From: Octopus vulgaris
Taxonomy: Eukaryota
NCBI GenBank assembly: GCA_951406725.2
Contig: OX597815.1
Location: 12,710,001-12,774,000, forward strand
Reading direction: 5' to 3'
DNA: 64,000 bases
Below, piece by piece: positions 13,704 through 30,988 of the stretch. The notes beneath the pieces are model-generated. The model was not told the DNA's origin, did no database searches, and saw only the letters and a program-made list of their open reading frames with translations. Position numbers and translations under genes: made by a program. Numbering within the stretch: the stretch's first letter is position 1; each line of letters opens with the position of its first letter.

Positions 13704-13925
13704 GAAAGTGCATGGCTCATTGGTTAGAAGGTCTTCGGGCTCACAGTCATGATGTAGTGAGTTCGATTCCCAGTTCGGCCATGTTAGAGAAATGGGTTGC
13801 GACGTCACTGGTACCAACATGTATCGGCCTTTGCCTTTTCCTTCGATAACAACATTGGCGTGGAGAGTGAGGTGGCTAGTATGCATGGGCGACTTCTGAT
13901 CTTACATAAACAACCATATCCAGTC
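13704..13925 (+). mobile_element. tRNA-derived SINE, family D
   Basis: gcatggctcattggttag..gagttcgattccc head; body tgcgacgtcactggt.ccaa..ggcgtggagag..ataaacaacc shared with 42535-42740 (minus). Confidence 0.65.
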
Positions 13926-13959
13926 TTATACATATATGTGTGTGTGTGTGTGTATGTGT

Positions 13960-14570
13960 GTATGCATATGTTTGTGTGTCTATGTTTGTCCCTCCAAATT
14001 CCCTTGACAACCGATGGTGGTGTGTTTACGTCAACATCCTTTAGCCGTTCGGCCAGAGAACCGATAGAATAAGTATTAGTCTTACAAAGGATAAGTCCTG
14101 GGGTCGATTCGTTCGACTGAAAGCGGTGCTCCAGTATGGCCGCAGTCAAATGACCGAAAAAATAAAAGAGTATCAGGAGTGGCTGTGTGGTAAGTAGCTT
14201 GCTAACCAACCACAGGGTTCCGGGTTCAGTCCCACTGCGTGGCATCTTGGGCAAGTGTCTTCTGCTATGGCCCCGGGCCGACCAATGCCTTGTGAGTGGA
14301 TTTGGTAGACGGAAACTGAAAGAAGCATGTCGTATATATGTATATATATATGTATGTGTGTGTGTGTTTGTGTGTCTGTGTCTGTCCCCCTAGCATTGCT
14401 TGACAATCGATGCTGGTGTGTTTACGTCCACGTCACATAGCGTTTCGGCAAAAAGACACCGATAGAATAAGTACTGGGCTTACAAAGAATAAGTCCCGGG
14501 ATCAATTTGCTCGACTAAAGGTGGTGCTCCAGCATGGCCGTAATCAAATGAATGAAACAAGTAAAAGAGT
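13960..14570 (+). mobile_element. SINE family A: 3' half followed directly by a near-full copy (14174-14570)
   Basis: High similarity to other family A copies. Confidence 0.9.
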
Positions 14571-15990
<1,420 letters not shown>

Positions 15991-16621
15991 CACGCGGGAA
16001 TTACACATACATTTATCTATAAGTGGGTGTTCTTGTTAGCGTCTATGCATTTGTGTGTCTGTGCTCGCTGTCACCTTTTCACAATTGTTTTTGGTTTGCG
16101 TATTCGCTCGTAAACCCAACCGTTTGGGGAAAAGAATAAAACGATTCCTTTGATCCTTCAGCTGGTTAAAACCCTTTAACACCGTGCCCCATCTTGGCTG
16201 CAAAAAACAATTGAAACAAGATAAAACGCATAACTGAATTTAAGAAGAAAATGAGGAGAAATTGTTGAAATAGTTGTGAAGAATGATAAACGGAGAGATG
16301 AAACCGTACTTGTACTGCCTTTATTATCTGTTCCGGTTTGATGTTCTTGTGTTAACAGAGAAAACATTCGCATTACAACTTGTCCGCTTTGAGTATGAAA
16401 AAAAAAAGCGAAGACCCAAGACGTTCAAACGAAGGAAACTTTGTTAAAGGCTAGAAATAGCAATCAAAATCTAACCTTAGTAGTACAGTATCAACTTAGA
16501 AAAGATGACAAAGGAAAAAAAGATATTATTTCGTAAAATATTATTCCTTACTTGTACTGTTTGTAAAATACAGGAGAGAGTCGATCAAAAAAGAAACCTC
16601 GGTTAAGCAAAATAAAATCAC

Positions 16622-16789
16622 TCAACCACATGGTTCCGGGTTCAGTCCCGCTTCATGGCACCTTGAACAAGTGTCTTCTACTATAGCCTCGGGCAAACGA
16701 AAACCTTGTGAGTAAATTTGGTACACGGAAACTGAAACAAGGCAATCGTATAAATATATATATATATATTTTTATATATATATATACGT

Positions 16790-16820
<31 letters not shown>

Positions 16821-16891
16821 CACACATATATACATATACATATATATATATATATACATATATATACATATATATATACATATATACATAG

Positions 16892-16949
<58 letters not shown>

Positions 16950-17060
16950 ATATATATATATATATATAATATTTATGTGCGTGTGTGTCCCCGCCACCAG
17001 CGCTTGACAACCAATTTGGTGTACCTTCGGCGCTCGGCCGATGCACAGCCAAATCTACTA
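16622..17060 (+). mobile_element. SINE family A, partial, with expanded internal TA repeat
   Basis: caaccacatggttccgggttcagtccc..ccttgaacaagtgtcttctactatagcc..cttgacaacc. Confidence 0.8.
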
Positions 17061-17106
17061 AGCCTTTGTGAGTATTGTGAGTATATAATGAAAATGCAGT
17101 CCCACA

Positions 17107-17153
<47 letters not shown>

Positions 17154-18004
17154 ACGAGAGAGAGAGAAAGAATAAGGCTCTCTGGTCAAAACTGGGAATT
17201 CGCTGCTGTAAACGGACTGAGAAATCTGAAAGATCCGAGTGAAAAAAGAAATACGGTATAAGCTATGACGATCATTAACTTCGTATGGCTGCTGGCTGCT
17301 GCAGGTGATACTGCAACTGCTGCTTAGGATAGTGATTGTGGCGATGGTGGTGGTGGTGGTGGTGGTGGTGGTTGTGTGGTGGTGGCGATTGTGATAATGG
17401 TGGTGGTAGTGGTGGTGGTGGTGGTGGTGATGGTGGTGTTGGTGTCGGCGCGGCGATTGTCGTAATGGTGGTGTGGACTTAGATCTGATGATGATGATGA
17501 TGATATAGAGAAATTGGGGGGGGGAGACGTCCGACGACGTGAAAGAGGGCATGGAAGAAAGAAAGAAGAAGAAGAAGAAAAAGAGGAAGTAGTAGTAGAA
17601 GAAAAAAAAAAGAAGAAAAAGAAGAAGTAGAAGAAAAAAAAGATGAGGAAGAAGAAAAGAAGAAGAAGCAGAAGAAGAAGAAATGGAAGGAGAAAAAGAA
17701 GAAGAGAAAGAAGAAGGAGAAGAAGAAGAACAACAACAAAAGAAGAAGGAGAAGAAGGATAAGAAAAAGAAGAAGAAGGAGAGGAAAAAGAGGAAGAAGT
17801 AGTAGTAGTAGTAGTAGTAGGCTGATGGAGACTGGGATGGTAATGATGATGATTGCGCTGGTGACATTCATAAATTATTCATTCACCAGCAGCCAACAAA
17901 AAATACAAATCATTTGCGGGTGATAGGCAATGATCGATATTGTATACAAATGTAAATAAATAAACAAATAACCAAATGTGTTTGTGTGTGCGTTTAGTGA
18001 AAGA

Positions 18005-18819
<815 letters not shown>

Positions 18820-18909
18820 TCGGTCGATCAACACAAACATCCACAGTCGTACATAAGCTCAAAAAAACGTAACACATACATGCATAAGTAATTGTAAGAT
18901 TTGTAAGAG

Positions 18910-19545
18910 ACACACTGGTTGGGCCAGAGTTCAAATAAATCGATTCCACTACTTAACTGATTATGATCTGATCGACGCCAGAAGGATAAAAGTTACTATA
19001 GACCGCGCTAGGATGTAATCCTTTCAACTATAGGCACTGGGCAAGCAATTTCGTAAAATCAGAATTGCTGATAGACATTTCGTCCGACGAGGTAACGATT
19101 CTGCAAGATCGCCGCCTAAATTATAGTAATAACAATAATGGTTTCAAATTTTGCTACAAGGGCAGTAATTTTGGGGGTAGGTGGGTGGGTTACGGGTAGT
19201 CAGTTATATCGAACCCAGCACTTGACTGGTACTTAATTCATCGGCTCCAAAAGGATGAAAGGCAAAGTCGACCTCCGCGGAATCTGAACTCAGAACGTAG
19301 CGGCAGACGAAATACCTATTTCTTTATTACCCACAAGGGGCTAAACACAGAGAGGACAAACAAGGACAGACATAATATTAAGTCGATTACATCGACCCCA
19401 GTGCGTAACTGGTACTTAATTTATCGACCCCGAAAGGATGTAAGGCAAAGTCTACCTCGGCGGAAATTGAACACACAACGTAACGATAGACGAAATACCG
19501 CCAGGCACTTCGCCCAGCATGCTAACGGTTTTGCCAGCTTGCCGC

Positions 19546-19577
<32 letters not shown>

Positions 19578-20135
19578 CGATGACGACGACGACAACAACA
19601 ACAACAACAGCAACAACAACAACAATAACAATAACAATAATAATAATAATAATAATAAAAATATTAATGGTTTCAAATTTGGTACGAGGCCGGCAATTTT
19701 GGGGAAGAGGTTGATTACATCGATCCAATTGATCAACTGGTGTTTATTTAATTGACTCAGAAACACTGAAAGGCAAAGTCGACCTCGGCGGAATTTGAAC
19801 TCAGAACGTGAGGACGGCCGAAATGTCGCTAAGCATTTTGCTCGGTACGGCAACGATTCTGCCAGCACGGCGCCATAAAAATACCAATAATCATCATTTT
19901 TACTCTAGGCACAAGGCCTGAAATTTGTGGAGAGGGTACTAGTCGACTACATCTATACCAATGTTTCACTGGTACTTAATATACGACCTCGAAAGGGTGA
20001 AAAGCAAAGATAACCTCGGTGGCATTTGAACTCACAAAGTAAAGATGGACAAAATGCTGCTAAACACTTCGCCCGATATTTATTTTATCCCTGGTACTTA
20101 ATTTAAAGTCCCCGAAAGAATGAAAGGTGAAGATC
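18910..20135 (-). mobile_element. Cluster of SINE family B copies (tRNA-like head plus Meta-like domain cctttcatcctttcggggtcgataaattaagtacc)
   Basis: At least five minus-strand copies of different ages, all in the same orientation. Confidence 0.85.
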
Positions 20136-20139
20136 CATT

Positions 20140-21200
20140 GAGGCCTAACCAGGGAGCCTCACAATTTTTGGTCATTCCGACCGCCAAGGGCACTTCAGAC
20201 AGGCACCTCATTCTTTGTCAACCTCTCCGGCTTGCAAGTATATTTGCAGAGTAGGCCTGTTCATACCGGCTATCCTCGCCACAATCAAAACCTTTCAACA
20301 AAAATACGGTACGGGCAGTATTCCCTCTCCACCCTGATTTTCTTTGAAGAAGAGCTCAGCCGAAGGGGATAGATGTCTTCAGTCCTTTGAACCCAGTCCA
20401 CAACACTACAACCTTCGCTATAGCCACCAGCCAGAGTCAAAACTGCATTCCCTTCCTGACTGATGTTGCCCGACGTCCAGTTGTTTCCACGCAGATGTCG
20501 TTGTTCTTGCTCACCACTAATCTTCCATAGTACTTCCACCAACTATTGTGAGTGCTTGTTATTTTCTTTTCTACTGTGGTGGTGCATCTGCAGCTCCTGC
20601 TTCTAGCTTTGTTGTTGTTGCCAGCGTTGCTGCTTTTGCTGTTCTTGTAGTAGTTGCTAATTTTGTTGTTCTTGCTGATGTTGCCACTGTTGACGTAGTT
20701 TTTGCTGCTTTTGTTGTTGTTCTCTGATGTTTTTTTGTTGTTGTGGTTATCTGTCTTCTACTGAGGGCACAGAGCTCTCAAGTGACCAGTGTCCCGGTAC
20801 AGGTAGAATCAAAGCCTTCTACACTCATCCATGACATTCAGTTCTTCCCTTTCCGGAAGGTGAATGATGTCTGGGATCTTATAGATTGCGTCTGATCTGA
20901 TGTGGAGTAGCACCTCCACACTAATCCCAAACCAATTTTGAAGACGGGTTAGTCTTACATCCAAGAGACAGTTACACCCTTCAAAGATGTTGAAAATTAA
21001 ACTACCATAAATTCACCTCAAGTGGAATTCCTGTGACCTTCTTTCGCACCGTCTTCGTCCCGAAATATGAATGATGGAAAACATACTTTTCGATCCGACA
21101 AATAACCGTAGAGTGCGTGAAAAGCACTGAAATGTGTGCAAATTGCTTGTTGGATATTTTTCCTTTGAGTGCTCCTTCCACATCTGTCTGACTAGCTGTT
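20140..21200 (-). mobile_element. Degenerate, internally deleted Tx1/L1-like LINE (ORF1 knuckle plus ORF2 C-terminus)
   Basis: Minus strand IPDIIHLP..RRL*FYLYRDTGHLRALCP (decayed CCHC knuckle, about 20761-20820), then VVWWTG..KIRVERE..FVER at about 20290-20420. Confidence 0.5.
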
Positions 21201-24164
21201 TCCGACCTTATTGTGTTTATGGAAACACCATTTTTTATAGCCCAAGGGCTTGAATAGATAATACCACTTCGCTACCTCTCAAAATTCAACTACAATTCAA
21301 CAAATTCTCTCCTTTTTTCAAACAGAAAGCCAGTGTAGTCTTGGCGGAAGAGGAAATTGTCTATCTCCATTCGCTTCTCTTAGGTCTATAATGCAATCTC
21401 TCTCGACAAGAACGAAAGAGGGAAAATATCCGTGTCTTTCCTAGTCAAAGGAAAGCGGCAACGTAATATTCGGAAAAGAATCGGCATATAGCCCTTGTCA
21501 TTCCACACGAGATAGCAGCTGTTCGACATAATTCCACAAGTCACCAGACCTCGGGCACTATAGGAGCGTTGCTGTTATTGTCACAATCTTTGCTGCTGTT
21601 GTCGCTTCTACTGTTGCTCTGCCGATGATGTTGCCGTTATCACCATTCCCGCTGCTGCAGCCGGTTCTGCTGCTATTGCTCTCGCTGCTGCTGACACTGC
21701 TGCAGGTACTACCACTGCTGTTGCTAATTCTGCCACCATTGGTGCTGCTGCTGCTGCTACTGTTGTTACTTCTCTTGCTGCCGCTGTTGCGTTGTTGACA
21801 CTGGTGACGTTTACGGGTCCCGCTGTTGACTTTAATAATCATTGTTATTACAGTTCATGTTACTTTCGTTAATATTGCTTTTACAGTTGCTCCTGTTGCT
21901 TTTTGTTCTCACTGTCACAACTCTTTGCCATCAAAGCAATGCTGAAAGTTTTCGACTTTGGACATTCGACTATGAAAACATCTCTTTTCCTTCCACGAAC
22001 ATAATACCATCTCCGCAACTGCTCCTACTGCTTTCGTGGCTTTTATTGAAGTTTTCGTTGCACTTGTTAAGCTACTGTTGTTCGATGCTCTCGAAATAAT
22101 GCAATTATTTGGTTTTTCAGCAATGAACACTTGAAATTCTTTCTCCTCAATTTTCATGTGTTATATTTGTAAAACGCAAAATACGCTTTTCAATGCGTGT
22201 TTGCAGAAATTTCTATCAATTTCGGGCAACAACGGCTCACGAAACCAGAAGGCAAGACACTCCCAAGTGCTGCTGTTGACTTATATATACTTCCTCAACG
22301 GTGGTTATATGCAGAAAAAATAATTAGAATATGTTAACAATCGAATACTCTAAACATGCAAGCAAAACTCCACAAACACCACAGTTTAACCCGGCACATC
22401 ACAACTATGCCTCTTTTAACGCCCATCACTCGTCTCTAAAGATGTCCGCTTTGTGAGGACTTCCGCTTTCGTTAAACTGTGAAATTCTCATTTGTAGAGC
22501 GTTTTGTAGTGTCATTTTACTAGCAACCTATCAACCTTTTCTTTTCGATATAAATTATACCCATCAATTTCTCAAACCTCACATTATTATTATTATTACT
22601 AGCATTTTTATTGTTTCCCTTCCTCTACCAAACGGTTTCACACAATTTTGCAGTCTAATTTTGGATGCCACCAGACACAAAGTGACGGAGTCTAATTATT
22701 GTTCATAGCTTCTGACCGTCTTTGGGACGAAAGGGGGGACCTTTCAGTTTTTCACTACTTTAACTGATTAGAACACTTTTTTTAGCTGATGATATTCATG
22801 TTAAGATGATTCTCTATATTCTTGGCGCCTCTCAGTTTATTCTTGAAGGTGTCACTCGTTACACTATCGGAAATTGAGAGCTATATCCATGACATTGACC
22901 TCAGTAACCTATTATGGTTGCTGCATCCGCCACATGTTCACGATGTAACCACTTAGTGGAGCACAGGTGATGAGAATCCAATAGTTGCCTCAGTAGTGGT
23001 ATAGCTATCCGTACAACCCGGGCTCGTTTTAGAATGTAGTGCAGCACATAACGTGTCTCCTAGTCCTATCTTCCGATGTAATTTTCCTGACAAATTTTTA
23101 TAATATACTTAAATAATTTCACCACTTGAAATGTGAAAGTCTTGCTCCCTTTAAAACCAGCTTCGAGAGCATATGGGATCTTTCAAGCCTACTGGCAACA
23201 CAATGAAAACAATAACGTTATACTAGCTCTCTTTTGATAAGTTTCCTAATCATGAATACACCTCCACAACCTCTCCGTTTCTCAGAGCTGATTCATACTC
23301 GGAGATTTCTTATGATGTACATCGATCGTAACGTATGAAATGGTTTTATTGGCGTTTTCGTTGCTATTTGTACTACATACATTGTTTCTTTGTCATTAAA
23401 ATTAATGCTTTCAAAACTATTCTTGTTTCGTGTTTTCCATTATACAGAACTTAAGTGTTTATACTTGAAGATCTGTTTGTGTATTTACTATTCACATTAT
23501 CTGTCTATTTTGAGTGTATTTTCGAGTTTTAAAATAAATAGGAGTATGTTTGTTTAAGTTTATTCTGCTGTTATTACGAGTGTTTTCATGAGTGTATTTT
23601 GCCGCTACTTGTAGGGAAATGTTGAGCTAAGAATAGTAATAAGAATCGGTACTGCACAAACATATATATATACACGGTTGACCAGAATTATTATACGAAG
23701 TATATTATTTCGACAACATTACCCAATTTCATCTTCAGAAACCCTTCCAGAAACCACTTTTTACTCTGAGCTCTGAAAGCATATTGGGGCATCGCCAAAC
23801 CATAATAAGAAAACTTATTTTACATAAACAACAAACAATTAATGTCAATTTAATTCATTCCTCACTCTCAGTCAACTCCTCTCTCTTTCTATCACTCAGT
23901 CTATTCCGCTCTCTCGCTCTCATTTGCTTTATCTTAATCTCACTCATCTTGAAGTTAATGGCTTGGTCGATTGCATCAACCCCATTAATTTACTGTTTTT
24001 TGTTTGTTTTTTTCTTATTATATTGATCTCGAAAGATGAAAAGCAAGAGTTGACCTCATACGTATGTAAATTCAGAATGTAATGAATTAAAACTAACATC
24101 GCGAAGCAAAATGTTCGACACACTGATAGCATTAATAATATTTGCTTTAAATAAAAGACTAGCA

Positions 24165-24678
24165 ATTTTAAGCGGTGTCGGTCAGTCGATTCCATTTATG
24201 CTATTACTCACTGGTATTTATTTTATCGACTTGAAAGGATGAAAGGTAAAGATGACCTCGGCGATATTTGAACTCAGACCTAAAGAACCGGAAGTAATAC
24301 CGTTAAGCATTTAGACCAACGCGCTAACGAATCTCACGAATAGTTATCTTCATAATAATAATTTCTGTATTAGCCACATACGCTCCAAGAGATTGTCGAG
24401 AATACTAAGATCAAGATGCGAAATAATGGTGGAATAAATGATATATATTATTCTTTACTAACCACAAGGGGCTAAACATAGAGGGGACAAACAAGGACAG
24501 ACAAAGGGATTAAGTCGATTACATCGACCACAGTGCGAAACTGGTACTTTATTTATCGATCCTGAAAGGATGAAACGTGAAGTCGACCTCGGCGGAATTT
24601 GAACTCAGAATGTAACGACAGACGAAATACCGCAAAGCATTCCGCCTGAGGCGCTAACGTTTCTGCCAGCTCGCCGCC
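24165..24678 (-). mobile_element. SINE family B: old copy (24165-24335) and young copy with alternative tail (24450-24678)
   Basis: ggcggcgagctggcagaaacgttagc head; Meta-like domain; tail ..agccccttgtggttagtaaagaa. Confidence 0.85.
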
Positions 24679-24998
24679 ATACTAAATTATATATATAATT
24701 AAAGAAGATATCGAAAATCGGAGACCGTTCAAAATAGACGAGTTTAAAATTTCAGGTAAGTAGACGAAATCTACAGATCTATGGAGGTCTTGTCCACAAA
24801 AAGTTTGGTTTGTCACATAGCAATCATATACAGGCTTTATTTCTATTATTTACTGCATCGGTCCAATATGTTGGGGGCGGGGTGGTGTACCACGATGAGA
24901 CACATACAAAAAGAACAAAGAAACAATAGGATCGGAGTTACACCAAACAAGAAGAGGTGATCATCAATAACACTAAACAGAGTAAAATATATAATCAA

Positions 24999-25397
24999 TC
25001 TATATTTATAAAGCGGAAGTTGTCTGTGTGTGTGTCAGGTTTGGTAGCCTTCAACTAACACTATCTCCTCCGAGATCCTGCGGCGCAAGTTGACAAAAAT
25101 TGAGAGTATGATAGAAGAAGGCTTGCTCTTCCTTCCGTAGAAGAAAAAATTCAAATCAGACCATGTTAACACCAAAAAAATTATTTACATAAAAAAGGTG
25201 CTTTTTTTCTATGAAAATTCCTATTTTTTACGATTTTTGACTGCTGTGTCGCCATTTTTCGGTGTATTTAAACCAGAAAAATGTTCACTTAAAGAGAATA
25301 ACAAGCTACATAATGCAAAGTTTTTACGTTTCAAAAATTCCAATTCTAAAGGGTCGAAAAGTAAACAAACCCGAGCAACACCGGGCGATATTGCTAG
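24999..25397 (+). mobile_element. Non-autonomous Helitron
   Basis: A|TC start, subterminal hairpin cccgagcaacaccggg, CTAG|T end, no TSD; second copy at 63295-63690. Confidence 0.88.
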
Positions 25398-25967
25398 TAA
25401 TATATAAATCTAACAACGTAGTGAAAAAAATAAAAAACAAGATCTGGAAATGATCGCTACTATGGTAAATAAGTCACATGATCTGATTCACAATATTCCA
25501 GATACAAATCAGTATTATTCTGGCATATCAAAGACCATCGACTTCTCGCAGTTCTTGCTGTCAGTTTGCTGTTTATAGTTAACAAGATCCCATTCAGCCA
25601 CAACAGATTTTTGGTCATGGAGAAGGCTCGAGTATTAGCGAACGGGACATTATGTGAAGCTGATTTACTATTCCTTTCACTAATCCTGGTTTCATCGTCT
25701 CTAGAGGGACAATGATAATAAGTGAACAGTGACATGTTTGGAATTAGCATTCAAAGGATTTCTTTCTATTATAATTTCGACCATTGATGTTGATGCTGTT
25801 GTTTCTGTTGCTGATAATGTTGATAATGTTACAAGTGTTGTTGCTATTTATTTTGCTGATGGTTGCATTAAAAATGAGCACACTATATTGTTTGAAGTCA
25901 AGGCTGTTTTCACAACTTATGTGAACAAATACGTATATGCTGTGAGATATGACCGCCCCTTTCTCGA

Positions 25968-26957
<990 letters not shown>

Positions 26958-26959
26958 TA

Positions 26960-27405
26960 TTACGCTGGAGATGTACTACGGTGTCAGCTGTTCACTACCA
27001 GTGAACTAAGATAACACGCCTTATTTTTCGAGCACCTTCCAGTGTATTCGAGCGGTTCCAAGCAGTGCTGTTTTCTGCAAGTGCTCCACACTTATTGCTG
27101 CCCCTATTTGTTCCATGTACTCCTCAAGATTTTTACTCACTGTTCCCAGGGCTGAAACAATTTTTGGTAATACTACTATCTTTTTCATCGACCACAACTG
27201 CTTAAAATCCCAATCTAAACTGTCACATCTATCGACTTTTCATTCTTCCTTATCGTATACCTTGTTGTCAGCTGGGCATACTACATCTATGACACAGCGT
27301 AGTTTGTTTTCTTTCTCAATTAAGACTATGTCTGGCTTCCTATCCTCTATCTCATGGTCTCACTGAAGAAAATCCCAAAGAAACACTGCATTATTATTTT
27401 CGATC
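26960..27405 (-). mobile_element. R4/Dong-like retrotransposon endonuclease remnant in (TAA)n
   Basis: Minus strand LWDF..DHEIEDRKPDIVLIEKENK..VIDVVCPAD..KQLWSMKK..PKIVSALGTV..LQKTALLGTARI (PD..D restriction-like endonuclease motif). Confidence 0.82.
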
Positions 27406-27519
27406 ATGTCTTCGAGTTTATAATCGTACCAATATTCTGCTCTGTCAAGTACATACTTGAATTATTATTATTAGTATTATTATTAGTATTAGTATTATTA
27501 TTATCATTAATATTATTAT

Positions 27520-27582
<63 letters not shown>

Positions 27583-27692
27583 TAGTAGTAGCAGTGGCAG
27601 CAACAGCAGTTGTGGCAGGGGTGCTGATGTTGGTGGTTGCCGTAGTAGAAAGATGTGAGAGTGGTAGGAGAGGATGAATGAGACGAATAAGA

Positions 27693-28070
27693 AAGGCCGC
27701 CATCTGGCAGAATCGTTAGCACGCCGGGGGAAATGCTTAGCAGTATTTCGTCTGCCGTTACATTCTGAGTTCAAATTCCGCCGGGGTCGACTTTGCCTTT
27801 CATCCTTTCAGGGGTCGATAAATTAAGTACCAGTTACGCACTGGGGTCGATATAATCGACTTAAACCGTCTGTCTGTTCTTGTTTGTCTCTTCTGGGTTT
27901 AGCCCCTTGTGAGTAGTAAAGAAATAGGTATTTCTTCTGCCGTTACGTTCTGAGTTCAGATTCTGCCGAGGTCGACTTTCCTCTCGGGTTCGATAAATTA
28001 AGTACCAGTTGAGTACTGGGGCCGATCTACTCCCCGAATTTTCGGGCCTTGTGTCTAGAGTAGAAAATGA
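27693..28070 (+). mobile_element. SINE family B dimer
   Basis: Head, unit ending agtaaagaaata, restart at ggtatttc, then standard tail ..ccttgtgtctagagtagaaa. Confidence 0.88.
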
Positions 28071-28456
28071 TAACAAAGTGTAGTTGAGAAGAGACTGAAA
28101 GGGATAAGAAAATTACAACAGTGTTGGTGATTTTGTGATGGTGGTAATTCCGAGAAGGGGTAGGTGATCACCTTTAATATTTGATATTACCGCAGCAAAT
28201 CTGAAACCCTGTAATGTGTCCTTAAATACATACCCATACAAACAATACATACAGATGCATACTAACACGCGTGTGCAAAAGTATACAGTCATATACAACA
28301 CACACACACAAAGAAAACTCCTTTTTAAAACAAACTGATTTATTAAGAAATGTTACACTGTGATTTTGTTTCTGACCTTCGGGTAGATGAAATTGAATTA
28401 GTACGAAGGGTTTTTCATAGATTGCAGGCATGTATAAATATATGCTTAAATTGTAT

Positions 28457-28850
28457 GTTAGCACGCCGGGTGAAATGCGTAGCCGTATTTTGTCTGCTGT
28501 TACCTTCTGAGTTAAAATTCCGCCGAGGTCCACTTTGCCTTTCATCCTTTCGGGGTCGATAAATTAAGTACCAGTTACACACTGGGGTCGATGTAATCGA
28601 CTTAATCCGTCTGTCTGTCCTTGTTTGTCTCCTCTGTGTTTAGCCCCTTGTGGGTAGTAAAGAAATAGGTATTTCGTCTGCCGTTATATTGTTAAAATTC
28701 CGCCGAGGTCCACTATGCCTTTCATCCTTTCGGGATCGATAAATTAAGTACCAGTTACACACTGGGGTTGATGTAATCGACTTAATCCGTCTGTCTGTCC
28801 TTGTTTGTCTCCTCTGTGTTTAGCTCCTTGTGGGTAGTAAAGAAATAGGT
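28457..28850 (+). mobile_element. SINE family B with two tandem ~180-bp units
   Basis: Two near-identical units, each ending tgtgggtagtaaagaaata|gg. Confidence 0.88.
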
Positions 28851-29400
28851 TTTACTCGAGTGCATGTAGTACTTCGTAATTCCATTCACTCCATGTTTAT
28901 TATTTTTCCTTTTCGAGGTACGTTGAAGAATCTGCGAGGGCTTGCTCTCCATTGCCTTGTACTTTGACAGGAAACAAGGAATTCAGAGTCAAGTAAGTTA
29001 GTCTGTATTCATGGTGCGCGCGCGGGATTGTGTGTTAAGAGGTAGCTTACACTTTTACGGAAATTGTTCAAATGCAAAAACTACTCCAAATAACAGCTCA
29101 AAATATAATTATTAAATACGCTTTGGAATGAGAAAAAAAGAAAAGGGAACACTAACGTCTAAAAAAAAAAAAATAGAACCAAATTTTCAACGAGAACGCA
29201 TAATCATTTCATCGGAGAGAATTGCAAACATTTAAAAGTGAAATTAGAAGCTTTGATCTTAGAATCACAAAATGAAATTTGAAACATTGAGAAACTCGGA
29301 AATTAGATTATTTTTTACAAGGTTGCTTAAAGGGAAATGTAATGAATAAAAAACTTATTTTCAATGAAAATTAGGACAAATTAAATATGCATAATCACCT

Positions 29401-29444
<44 letters not shown>

Positions 29445-29532
29445 CAACAATTGAGGGTAAAATTAATTAATTATTAATCAATTTCACCAAGTGTTCAGTA
29501 TGCAAAGGGACCATTTAAGGCGAATTCAAATT

Positions 29533-29790
29533 ATTACATTATATAAAGGGCTTAGTAAAATAAATTACTTCCCGATACTGAACTCATTAGAAATAGCAGC
29601 TAAAAAACTTTTTTAAAGCTATTTCTAATACTTAAAGAAATCTCTCTCATATATAGCGTTTGCAAACGCTATATATGAGAGATTTTCTTTAAGTATTAGA
29701 AATAGCTTTAAAAAAGTTTTTAGCTGCTATTTCTAATGAGTTCAGTATGCGGCAAGTAATTTATTTTATAAGCCTTTTATATAATGTAAT
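29533..29790. repeat. Near-perfect loopless palindrome inside a (TA)n-flanked element (29402-29811)
   Basis: Centre catatatagcgtttg|caaacgctatatatg at 29662/29663; arms of about 129 bp with only a few differences. Confidence 0.92.
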
Positions 29791-29812
29791 TTATATATAT
29801 ATATATATATAT

Positions 29813-30200
29813 ACTTGTTTCAGTCATTCAACTGCGGCCATGCTGGAGCACCGCATTTAGTCGAGCAAATTGACCCCAGGACTTGTTCTTTGTAAGCCTA
29901 GTACTTATTCTATCGGTCTCATTTGCCGAACCGTTAGGTTACGGGGGCGTAAACACACCAGCATCTGGTTGTCAAGCGATATTGGAGGTAGAAACACAGA
30001 CACACAAACATATACACACACATACATATCTATATATATACATATACGACGGGCTTCTTTCAGTTTCCGTCTACCAAATCCACTCACAAGGCTTTGGTCG
30101 GCCCGAGGCTATAGTAGAAGACACTTGCCCAAGGTGCCACGCAGTGGGACGGAACCTGGGACCATGTGGTTGGTACGCAAGCTACTTACAACACAGCCAC
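29813..30200 (-). mobile_element. SINE family A
   Basis: Reverse-complement match to the family A copies. Confidence 0.9.
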
Positions 30201-30988
30201 ATAATACATACATATATTGGATAGGTATGCTGGGTAAGTAGATATGAACGTTGGTTGGTAATTCCATGAAAGTGCAAGCGATATTTTGACTCTATTCTGA
30301 AAGATGTATTCATATCGTAAATGTGTGTATAGAGCGAGAAATTACGATGGACATAAATGGCTTAACCAATACATTCTTTTAGATAGCAGATTCTACCTTC
30401 CCAAGTCAGCATAATTACCATTCAATCTCTGATATACATACCCTAAAACTTCCTTACTCCTCTCCGCTCAGTATAAAATCTATTGTTACCTCTTCCAATA
30501 AACGTAAGCTTAATTCCTACTACCTAAATATATTTAATCATAACATAGGCCAAACCAACTTAAACACTAATACCAATACGGATGACATACACCACACCTG
30601 CAACCCTAGTACTACAACCAGAATGAAGCCAGATACAAAACTCGCCGCCTCCTATGAAGATCGAAGTATAACGGAGGCAACTGTTGATATTAATATTACC
30701 ACCACTAACACTAATATTAATAACTCTAATACAACCGATACCACCACTACTACTATTACTAGTGTTATTGATAATGATAATACAATTACTACTATAAATA
30801 ACAATAAAACTAAACAAGTTAATAATAATAATAATAATGATAATAATAATAATAATAATAACAACAACAAAAACAATAATAATAATTATAATACGTGCCA
30901 AACCCTTAATAACACATTTATTTCGAATTCTTCCATAAATAGTACTGCATCCTCCCTTTCCACTAATAACACTTGTAGCACAGATACA

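Noticed and set aside
19172-19197. G-quadruplex-like motif GGGGGTAGGTGGGTGGGTTACGGG
   Set aside because: Lies in a variable G-rich patch of a SINE B copy; no sign of function.
25560-25635. Minus-strand SVVAEWDLV resembling the SLC22 transporter EWDLVC motif
   Set aside because: The conserved Cys is missing, stops flank it and no further transporter exons were found; likely chance.
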